DNA from: Thermofilum adornatum
Lineage (GTDB): Archaea; Thermoproteota; Thermoprotei; Thermofilales; Thermofilaceae
Assembly: GCF_000446015.1 (NCBI RefSeq)
Contig: NC_022093.1
Location: 1,350,001 to 1,382,000 of the forward strand
Reading direction: 5' to 3'
DNA length: 32,000 bases
This document shows positions 25,793 to 32,000 of this stretch, one piece after another. Position 1 is the stretch's first letter. The number at the start of each line of letters is the position of its first letter. The translations under genes were made by a program, and so were the position numbers. Under the pieces are notes generated by a model that saw only the letters and a program-made list of their open reading frames with translations, had not been told where the DNA came from and made no database searches.

Positions 25793-26848
25793 ATGCAGGA
25801 GGACACCTCTAAGGTCATAGAGCTGGCCGACGGACAGGGCGGAGTCGAGACAATGAGGCTCCTCGAAAAGCTCTTCTTCAAGCGTGTGGAAGAAAAACTC
25901 AAGAAGGTCGAGGGGGGCGTCGGCATAGATTTCCCAGACGACGGCGCCCTAATACCGCTTCCCGACGGTTCATACCTCGTCGCCACAGCGGACGCCTACA
26001 CAGTTAACCCACCATTCTTTCCAGGTGGAAACATTGGGAGCCTCGCGGCACACGGCTCAATAAACGACGTAGTGATGATGGGTGGAAAGCCAATAGCGAT
26101 GCTCGACACAATAGTGGTAGAGGAGGGCTTCCCCCTAAAAAGCCTCGAAGAAATAGTCGACTCTTTCCTCTCTGTGCTCAGAGCCGAGGGAATACCCCTT
26201 ATTGGTGGAGACTTCAAGGTCATGCCGAAGGGACAGCTAGACAAGATAACAATAACAACAGTCGGCCTGGGGATCACTAGGACCCCCATAGTCGACAAGC
26301 CTAGGCCCGGAGACAAAATAGTGGTCACAGACTTCGTGGGCGACCACGGCGCAGTCATCCTCCTAACCCAGATGGGAATGGAGAACGCCGAGGAAATAGC
26401 CTCTGGCCAACTAAAAAGCGACACAAAGCCATTGACACCCCTCCTAAAGGTACTCGAGAAATATCCCGGAAAAATAAACGCGGCACGGGATCCCACACGT
26501 GGAGGGCTCTCAGCCATCCTAAACGAGTGGACAAAGGAGAACGGGTTGCTTGCGGTCATAGAAGACAGCAAAGTCCCAGTCAGGCCATCCGTGAAAAGGT
26601 TCGCAGAAATGCTCGGAGTAGACCCCCTATACCTCGCCAGCGAAGGCGTCGCAGTGCTATCTGTCTCCCAGGACGCCGCAGAACAATTCGTAGAAGACCT
26701 AAGGAGCAACGGCTTCCCAAACGCCACAATCATCGGAGAAATACGCGAGCACCCCAAGTACAAGGGCTATGTCCTCCTAAAAACAGACATAGGCGGACAC
26801 AGGATACTCGAGCCACCAAGAGGAGTAATAGTCCCACGCATCTGCTAG
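25793..26848 (+). CDS. hypE: [NiFe]-hydrogenase maturation protein HypE (carbamoyl dehydratase)
   Basis: 351 aa PurM-like protein. It has the DGQGG N-terminal motif and the diagnostic C-terminal VPRIC* (PRIC motif carrying the thiocyanate Cys). Confidence 0.95.
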   Translation: MQEDTSKVIELADGQGGVETMRLLEKLFFKRVEEKLKKVEGGVGIDFPDDGALIPLPDGSYLVATADAYTVNPPFFPGGNIGSLAAHGSINDVVMMGGKPIAMLDTIVVEEGFPLKSLEEIVDSFLSVLRAEGIPLIGGDFKVMPKGQLDKITITTVGLGITRTPIVDKPRPGDKIVVTDFVGDHGAVILLTQMGMENAEEIASGQLKSDTKPLTPLLKVLEKYPGKINAARDPTRGGLSAILNEWTKENGLLAVIEDSKVPVRPSVKRFAEMLGVDPLYLASEGVAVLSVSQDAAEQFVEDLRSNGFPNATIIGEIREHPKYKGYVLLKTDIGGHRILEPPRGVIVPRIC

Positions 26849-27010
26849 AACATAAAATTCTCTCCAAGCCCCTACATGCGCGCGCAGAAAGAATAGTTAG
26901 ATGTTTATTTTCCTGAATGCGTCTAATATTTCTTCCATATTTTTATGCAACCTAGAAAGAATTGAGGGCGTTGTGTGCCTCTATAGTTGTACTTGTGTGT
27001 GCCTTGCCTT

Positions 27011-27413
27011 TTACTGCAGACTGGGCTTCTTGCTGGCCATTTTTAGAGCGATTTCGAAGTCGTTTAGCTCCATGAAGGCCTCTGATAGCAGGTAGTGGTA
27101 TTTTTTGGTGTCCCGGTTTATCACGGTTAGTCCTTCGCTTAGAGCCTTGTATCTGAGGAGTGGGGCGCCTCGTCTAGTGGGACAATGTCTATTTCGACTG
27201 AGAGTTTTTTCTCTAGCTGTGAAGCTATTTCGGTCAACTCTCTGAAGGCGGGGGGCTAGACGTGATTATTCCAATGTCTACGTCTCGAACGATCCTTCTC
27301 CGGAGCACAGAGCCAAATATGACGGCTATCAATATGTAGTCATATTTTTCTAGGACTTCTTTGACAGCCTCCTTTACTTTTTCCAATTCAACTTCGTAGT
27401 AGTTTATACTCAT
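27011..27413 (-). pseudogene. Minimal nucleotidyltransferase (MNT / MntA-type antitoxin) gene interrupted by two -1 frameshifts
   Basis: Hand translation of the minus strand gives three segments. Segment 1: MSINYYEVELEKVKEAVKEVLEKYDYILIAVIFGSVLRRRIVRDVDIGIITSSPPPSES* (GS...DxD NTase motif). Segment 2, shifted frame: FRELTEIASQLEKKLSVEIDIVPLDEAPHSSDTRL*. Segment 3, shifted again: LLRYKALSEGLTVINRDTKKYHYLLSEAFMELNDFEIALKMASKKPSLQ*. The shifts sit at or near a G6 run (27250-27255) and a G4 run (27162-27165). The start ATG overlaps the HEPN stop (ATGA). Confidence 0.65.
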
Positions 27414-27700
27414 ACCGAGGACAGCTCTTCCACTTTCCTTATAAACTCAATAATACATTCGAAATCATTTTTTATGTCTCGATATATCTGGTCGTCCTTT
27501 ACCATCCAGTACCTATGCGTAATAATGTTCCTTAAGCGTATGATGTCCTCAAGATCCTTACAGCAATATAAATTAATTCTCTGACAAACCTCTCTAACAC
27601 ACTCAGTGTTAGATCGGGGTCTCATCCCAAAAAATTCCAAGACTAGATGAAGGCAAATAGAAGCTAGTGATTCGGCAAGGACTATGATGTTATATCTCAT
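27410..27700 (-). CDS. HEPN-domain protein (DUF86 / HepT-type RNase toxin)
   Basis: 96 aa. R-x4-H motif in IIRLRNIITHRYWMV. The overall pattern matches DUF86 (helical; ...LEDIIRLRNIITHRY..V.D..IY..I...F..I.EF). It is short at the N-terminus; an in-frame stop lies 15 codons upstream of the ATG. Confidence 0.7.
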   Translation of the reverse strand: MRYNIIVLAESLASICLHLVLEFFGMRPRSNTECVREVCQRINLYCCKDLEDIIRLRNIITHRYWMVKDDQIYRDIKNDFECIIEFIRKVEELSSV

Positions 27701-27737
27701 GGAGTATACTTCATCTATCCTCCGCCAGACACCGGGG

Positions 27738-27752
27738 TAAAGATTTTAATTT
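27738..27752. promoter_or_regulatory. AT-rich TATA-like element shared by the divergent HEPN and MBL-like genes
   Basis: TAAAGATTTTAATTT lies about 25 nt upstream of the ATG at 27772 (+). On the other strand ATTAAAATCT lies about 40-50 nt upstream of the HEPN ATG at 27700. Confidence 0.35.
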
Positions 27753-28287
27753 GGGGCGAAATCTTTTTCCTATGAAATTGAGGTATGGAGACATAGTTCT
27801 CACAATCGAGGAAGAAGGCGTAAACATCAACTCAGAAATCTGCATAGATGTTTTCAAATCCACGGAGTGCAAACAACACATTTACACTAGACCGATCGAG
27901 AACACAAGTCAAGTTATGCAGCTATCTCCAGAGGAGAGAGCTGAGACACGGGGTACCCGTGTTAGGGCTTTCCCATGTAAGCCATGCATTGGGAATGGTG
28001 AGACAGGCGGGGAGGCGACCCAGAGTTACCTCGTAAAAAGCCAAGGCTTTTCAATTTATTTTCACGGGTGCAGACACATGCCCTGCAACCTTGAGGGTCT
28101 CCAGGGCGAGAAGATCGACATCCTTATCCTAAAAATTGGTCCCGAAAACATGTCCCCAGAGGAGGCGTCCGAGCTCGTGAAAACACTTAAACCAGCGCTA
28201 GCGGTACCTCTATGTCATGTACCCGAGGATGGGCATAAATTTAGAGACTTAGCATCTCCATATACACAGGTCGTCTTGTCTATTTAG
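27751..28287 (+). CDS. Metallo-beta-lactamase-fold-like protein lacking the metal-binding motifs (degenerate UPF0173/UlaG-like)
   Basis: The C-terminal half SYLVKSQGFSIYFHGCRHMP...EKIDILILKIGPENMSPEEASELVKTLKPALAVPLCH parallels the MBL-fold hydrolase pattern (gf.ie..g..iYh.GDT....iDvallPiGg..TM...EA..l...lkPk.viPmHy). GDT is replaced by GCR, and no HxHxDH is present in the N-terminal half. The likely start is the ATG at 27772 (MKLRYGDIVL). Confidence 0.45.
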   Translation: MGRNLFPMKLRYGDIVLTIEEEGVNINSEICIDVFKSTECKQHIYTRPIENTSQVMQLSPEERAETRGTRVRAFPCKPCIGNGETGGEATQSYLVKSQGFSIYFHGCRHMPCNLEGLQGEKIDILILKIGPENMSPEEASELVKTLKPALAVPLCHVPEDGHKFRDLASPYTQVVLSI

Positions 28288-30090
28288 GTGGATAGCATGA
28301 GTTCCCAGCGCATAGTTCCACCTGCCGCACGTTTCAAGGTGATGACACTAGCAGAGTACAAGAAGGTCTACCAAGAGAGCATAAGGGACCCAGTAGACTT
28401 CTGGGCAAGGCAATCCAAGAAACTCTTGTGGGAAAAGCCCTGGACCAGCGCCATTACAGGTGAGCCCCCCAGGTCAAGGTGGTTTGAAGGCGGGAGACTA
28501 AACCCCTACCAGAACGTAATGGGAAAGCACAGGGACACGCCTGTATGGAGCAGGGCCGCGACGATCTACGAGTCGGAAGAAGGCGACGTAGAAATATTGA
28601 CGTACAGGCGGCTAGACGACATGGCTGGCAGAATAGCGGGCTGGCTAGAGTCACAGGGCGTTTCGAAGGGAGACTGGACCCTGCTATATGCTCCACCAAC
28701 ACCCGAAGCCATAGCGTTTATGCTTGCATCTTTACGCCTAGGGGCACCCTTCGAGCCCGTATTCACTGGGTTCGGCTGGTACGAGCTCGCAAAACGTGTG
28801 AGGAACAGGTCCCCTAAGGTGGTCTTCGTCGTGGACGGCTACAAGCGTAGAGGAAAAGAAATAAGCCTAGTCGAGACCACAGAAAAAGCTATAGAGGCCT
28901 CTGGCGTGGAGACGAAGATCCTCGTATCCAACAGGCTGGGGTTGAGGCTTCCACGACTCCATGAGACATATCCACTAGACGACGCTCTCCGCGAGAACCA
29001 CACAGCAGATAGCAGGGTAGTCGATTCCAGCGACCCTATTTTTGGTCTTCACCCAGGCTACGAAGACGACTTCAAGCCCGTAAGCTTCCCAGCTGGCGGA
29101 TACTTGACACAGGCATATGCCACGTCCTACTGGCTGGGGCTCAAGCCACTAGAAGTACTATTTAACACTGTCTGGCCCGGCTGGATCACGGGGGTAACCT
29201 ACCTCTTATTCGGACCCCTAATGACGGGCACGACAATTGTCCTTTACGACGGGGCCCCAGACTGGAGAAGCTGGGACAGGTGGTTCACGATACTCGAAAG
29301 ATACGCTGTTACAATATTCCTGACGACTTCTGGCGCGCTTAGGGCTCTCTCAAAGCAGAGCCCAGAGACCTACAGGAAGCATGACTACGACACCCTGAAA
29401 GCCATACTCGTCACAGCCGAGCCGCTGGACACAGATACGTGGAGCTGGGCCTACAGGAATCTGGGAACACTTCGAAGCCCAATAATAGACTCGGATCCCA
29501 CTGTCCTCTCAGGAGCAATACCAGTCGTAAACCTATACATACAGAGCGAGATAGCAACCTTTGCGACAGGCAACCTCCCAAGCTACACGTTCCCACACAT
29601 AGTTCCAGGAACTAATGGTCCGCCGATACCCGGCTTCCACCTGGACATACTCAGCGACGGCAGGTTAGTCGTCAAGAACCCGTGGCCAGCCATGCCAGTC
29701 GAGGCGCCTCAAGAATACTATGAAAAATGGTCAGAAGGCTTTTACGACACAGGCGACCTAGCCACCTACACGATCGACGGCTACATTCAGGTGCTCGGCA
29801 GGAGAGACACAGTCATGAAGATAAACGGCTACAGGATAAGCCCCGGGGCGATCGAGAAAGCCATAGAAACATTGCCCGGCGTAAAGAGGGCACTTGTTGC
29901 AGGCAAGCCGGACCCCCAGAAATTCGAAGCCCCTGTAGTCATCGTTGAGGGCAGGGCCGAAGCTGAGCAAGTAAGGAAGCTGATCCGAGAATACATTACC
30001 CCCATCGCTGACCCAGCAAAGATAAATTTCACAGACAAAATCCAGTACGCCACCAGACACGAACTAAAGAACAAGCTGAGGAATCTCTAG
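28288..30090 (+). CDS. Acetyl-CoA synthetase-like ANL-superfamily protein with a degenerate ATP-binding P-loop
   Basis: 600 aa, collinear with AMP-forming ACS. Matching elements: YKKVYQESIRDPVDFWARQ, RWFEGGRLN, GDWTLLYAPPTPEAIAFMLASLRLGA, GWITGVTYLLFGPLMTGTTIVLYDGAPDW, YDTGDLA, LGRRDTVMKINGYRISPGAIE. The A3 motif position (TSGSTGKPKG in ACS) reads HPGYEDDFKPV (nt 29050-29082). Confidence 0.8.
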   Translation: MDSMSSQRIVPPAARFKVMTLAEYKKVYQESIRDPVDFWARQSKKLLWEKPWTSAITGEPPRSRWFEGGRLNPYQNVMGKHRDTPVWSRAATIYESEEGDVEILTYRRLDDMAGRIAGWLESQGVSKGDWTLLYAPPTPEAIAFMLASLRLGAPFEPVFTGFGWYELAKRVRNRSPKVVFVVDGYKRRGKEISLVETTEKAIEASGVETKILVSNRLGLRLPRLHETYPLDDALRENHTADSRVVDSSDPIFGLHPGYEDDFKPVSFPAGGYLTQAYATSYWLGLKPLEVLFNTVWPGWITGVTYLLFGPLMTGTTIVLYDGAPDWRSWDRWFTILERYAVTIFLTTSGALRALSKQSPETYRKHDYDTLKAILVTAEPLDTDTWSWAYRNLGTLRSPIIDSDPTVLSGAIPVVNLYIQSEIATFATGNLPSYTFPHIVPGTNGPPIPGFHLDILSDGRLVVKNPWPAMPVEAPQEYYEKWSEGFYDTGDLATYTIDGYIQVLGRRDTVMKINGYRISPGAIEKAIETLPGVKRALVAGKPDPQKFEAPVVIVEGRAEAEQVRKLIREYITPIADPAKINFTDKIQYATRHELKNKLRNL

Positions 30091-30097
30091 GGCGGAA

Positions 30098-30102
30098 TTT
30101 TT
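30098..30102 (+). terminator. Oligo-T tract after the ACS-like gene
   Basis: AATTTTTAA starts 6 nt after the stop codon. Confidence 0.3.
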
Positions 30103-30175
30103 AAGACCATCATTTCCTCGAATCCTCGAAAAATTAACAGTCGCAAGGTAAGATTATTTGCTCTAAATAAAGTCC

Positions 30176-30409
30176 TCAAGAAATATCTTCATCTTTTTTC
30201 CTCTCCTCTAATAGTTCTCGGTAAGCCTCCTCAAAGCCAGCAACAGGTTTACAAGCCTCTTCGAGAAGCTCAGGCCTTCTTTTCTTTATCAACAAATACC
30301 TAATAGCCTCGTTCAAATCAACCCTCCTTCCCAGCTTAAGCTGCAGCTCAGAAGCTATTCTTAACAAAGCTTCTTTGACATCTTCCGTTACAGATATTGT
30401 TGTTGTCAT
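30176..30409 (-). CDS. Ribbon-helix-helix antitoxin-like protein, orphan
   Basis: 77 aa. TTISVTEDVKEALLRIASELQLKLGRRVDLNEAIRYLL has a beta-strand/helix/helix RHH layout like the ORF at 7495-7692, with an acidic tail. No toxin ORF follows on the minus strand; only 85 nt separate it from the next gene. Confidence 0.5.
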   Translation of the reverse strand: MTTTISVTEDVKEALLRIASELQLKLGRRVDLNEAIRYLLIKKRRPELLEEACKPVAGFEEAYRELLEERKKDEDIS

Positions 30410-30790
30410 ATCTACTATAGTTGTTATAGTAAATATATCAAATTTTCTGAGACTGAAATTCCAAAAAATTTGATGTTTCCTAGAATTTTCCTCTTCTAGT
30501 TTTCAACACTAATTCCCAGAGAGTAAACTAACAGTAGTAAAGCGTGAGGCAACTTGCCCTCAAGAGCAGTTTCAATTTGCATTCCATCTCACCTTATTTA
30601 AAATAAGCTAAATAGTAATGCTTTCGGGGACTTTAGGGAAAAATCTATTCACTTTTGTGTGCCTCATGTCTTGGTCTGGCTAGCAAGGAAATTTTTCAAA
30701 TGTCTCTTGCACTTAATATTTTAATTGAAAACTAGTTACCCTAATCGAATTACTTATCTATGAGCTTATGTTTTTATCGGCAAGGTATCT

Positions 30791-31141
30791 ATGGAGAGCT
30801 GTCCCAGGCGGCGACGGTGGAGACGCTCGGTGTGGAGAAAAGAAGCCACCACTAGTTCTGGAAACTTGGAGGAAATATTCTTTATACCGACTAGTGCGCC
30901 GGCAAGCATATTTAGACCAGAGGAAGTTGTCGAGCTATACCCCGAGGAGCTATTGGCGCTAAAGCTTGTCTATGCAGAAGACCTAGAGGTCGACGAAGCA
31001 GCGGCGAGGCTAGGCTTGTCCAAGGCGACCTTCTGGAGGATGCTCGACTCGGGCAGAAAAAAGATGGTTACAGCTATCCTGCAACTGAGACCTATAAAGA
31101 TAGTTTTCTCAGAGAAAGCATCCATGGAAAAGACAGAGTAA
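30791..31141 (+). CDS. DUF134 (UPF0251) family putative DNA-binding protein
   Basis: 116 aa. N-terminal CPRRRRWRRSV (cf. family PRPRKCRRV), F-x-P, then LYPEELLALKLVYAEDLEVDEAAARLGLSKATFWRMLDSGRKKMVTAI, matching the sigma-70 region-4-like HTH of DUF134 (dE.EAlRL.d.egl.qeeAA..MgvSr.Tf.R.l..ARkKva.AL). Confidence 0.7.
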   Translation: MESCPRRRRWRRSVWRKEATTSSGNLEEIFFIPTSAPASIFRPEEVVELYPEELLALKLVYAEDLEVDEAAARLGLSKATFWRMLDSGRKKMVTAILQLRPIKIVFSEKASMEKTE

Positions 31142-31152
31142 AGCTTAAATAT

Positions 31153-31485
31153 ATGAAACCTATTTCACTTTTGATGAAAAACATGGCATGGGGATGGTGG
31201 GGAAAAGGTAGATGGGCAAGAGGACCATGGCCAGGAAACGGGCCATTTTCATACCTGCCTCCATGGGAGAGGCCCGGCTGGGTCTACGGCCCAGGAGCAT
31301 GCTGGTGGCTTTATGGCGCGAGGGTTCCACCGCCTCCGCCTGGGGTATCCTACTATACGTATCCTGGCTTGACTGCATCAGATTTGGAGGCCTACAAGAA
31401 TTGGCTAGAGGATGCTAGAGCGAGGCTCGACGAGCAGATAAGAGAACTAGACAAGAGGATAAGGGAGCTAAAAGAAAAACAATAA
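31153..31485 (+). CDS. DUF5320-like small protein: Trp/Gly/Pro-rich N-terminal region plus C-terminal coiled coil
   Basis: 110 aa. WGWWGKGRWARGPWPGNGPFSYLPPWERPGWVYGPGACWWLYGARVPPPPPG is followed by a heptad-like DLEAYKNWLEDARARLDEQIRELDKRIRELKEKQ. The layout (G/P-rich head, one Cys, coiled-coil tail, next to DUF134) is what I recall for DUF5320. Assigned from memory, not searched. Confidence 0.5.
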   Translation: MKPISLLMKNMAWGWWGKGRWARGPWPGNGPFSYLPPWERPGWVYGPGACWWLYGARVPPPPPGVSYYTYPGLTASDLEAYKNWLEDARARLDEQIRELDKRIRELKEKQ

Positions 31486-31491
31486 AGAAAT

Positions 31492-32000
31492 TTATTTCTC
31501 TTTTTCTATTTCTTTTATCGTCTCCTCTACCGCTATTAGTACCCCTTTTACTAGGACATCGAGGGGAAGGCTTGCAGGCAACCCCTTCTTTCTCGATGCA
31601 ATATCTATCGTATATGGGATGTGGATAAATCCAGCCCTCCTAGGATACCCAGTCCTGTCTGAAAGCCTAAGCAGCGTATACATAACATAGTTACAGAGAT
31701 AAGTACCTGCACTATACGACAGGCTTGCAGGTATACCTTCCTCCTTCAGCCTCTCGACGACCCGGCGTGTAGGTATGGAGGCTAGATATGCTGTGGGGCC
31801 CTCGGGGTCTATTGGCAAATCCTGCGGTTTTTCGCCGTCAACGTCTGGGATAGAAAAGTCCATCATGTTCAATGCGACCCTCTCCACCCTGACATGTGTA
31901 ATCCCACCGTATAGGCCGAGCGCGATGGCTATGTCTGGTCTAAGCTCGCCTACCACTTGCTCAAGTATGGCTTTTGCCCGCCTATAGGCAACAGGCAAAA
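31492..32000 (-). CDS. pcp: Pyrrolidone-carboxylate (pyroglutamyl) peptidase I, partial (N-terminus outside window)
   Basis: The frame is open to the window edge. PDIAIALGL, VERVALN, SYSAGTYLCNYVMY (catalytic Cys) and AGFIHIPY (catalytic His) match peptidase family C15. Confidence 0.9.
   Translation of the reverse strand, partial: LPVAYRRAKAILEQVVGELRPDIAIALGLYGGITHVRVERVALNMMDFSIPDVDGEKPQDLPIDPEGPTAYLASIPTRRVVERLKEEGIPASLSYSAGTYLCNYVMYTLLRLSDRTGYPRRAGFIHIPYTIDIASRKKGLPASLPLDVLVKGVLIAVEETIKEIEKEK

Noticed and set aside
26901-27095. 64-aa + strand ORF downstream of hypE.
   Set aside because: Its 3' part is the antisense shadow of the frameshifted MNT pseudogene, and its 5' part lies in an AT-rich spacer. 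No motifs.
1-32000. Searched by eye for CRISPR repeats, tRNA T-arm (GTTCRAATC-like) signatures, rRNA and IS terminal inverted repeats.
   Set aside because: None were found. All spacers longer than 100 nt are AT-rich promoter regions, apart from the two GC islands reported separately.

Overview
Gene-dense chromosomal segment of a thermophilic archaeon, probably a crenarchaeote of the Desulfurococcales type. That placement is an inference from four things: AT-rich TATA-like boxes about 25 nt upstream of many start codons (leaderless mRNAs), a class III (type IV pilin-like) signal peptide, an archaeo-eukaryotic primase (AEP)-like gene, and archaeal-type HAD phosphatase, V4R and DUF134 genes. I support about 33 protein-coding genes. 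Left to right: a TatC fragment, an AEP primase-like gene, a complete TatC paralog, a GNAT acetyltransferase, a large pilin-signal surface protein with tandem beta-sandwich repeats, a MarC-family membrane protein, a 14-TM MFS transporter, a small RHH antitoxin with a decayed PIN (vapC-like) remnant, and a CDF metal transporter. Next come a five-gene Opp/Dpp-type ABC transporter operon, a HAD-IIB phosphatase, and a four-gene co-directional cluster (ACT-V4R protein, cytoplasmic molybdopterin oxidoreductase, small membrane protein, unknown protein). Then a GH38 alpha-mannosidase, a DASS-family anion symporter, hypD-hypC-hypE hydrogenase maturation genes, and a HEPN/MNT toxin-antitoxin locus whose MNT gene carries two frameshifts. 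The window ends with a two-gene unit of catalytically degenerate enzymes (MBL-fold-like plus acetyl-CoA-synthetase-like without the P-loop), an orphan RHH gene, a DUF134 / DUF5320-like pair, and a partial pyroglutamyl peptidase gene. I found no rRNA, tRNA, CRISPR array, transposase or integrase. One weak C/D-box sRNA candidate lies in a GC-rich island of an AT-rich spacer. No clearly novel multi-gene defence-like system is evident. The best candidates for follow-up are the degenerate MBL/ACS-like pair, the Zn-knuckle-less AEP gene between tandem TatC paralogs, the DUF134/Trp-Gly-Pro-rich DUF5320-like pair, the ACT-V4R/orphan molybdoenzyme cluster, the frameshifted MNT next to an intact HEPN, and the pilin-anchored CARDB/CBM-like protein. 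All functional calls rest on motif recognition by eye; no database search was run.
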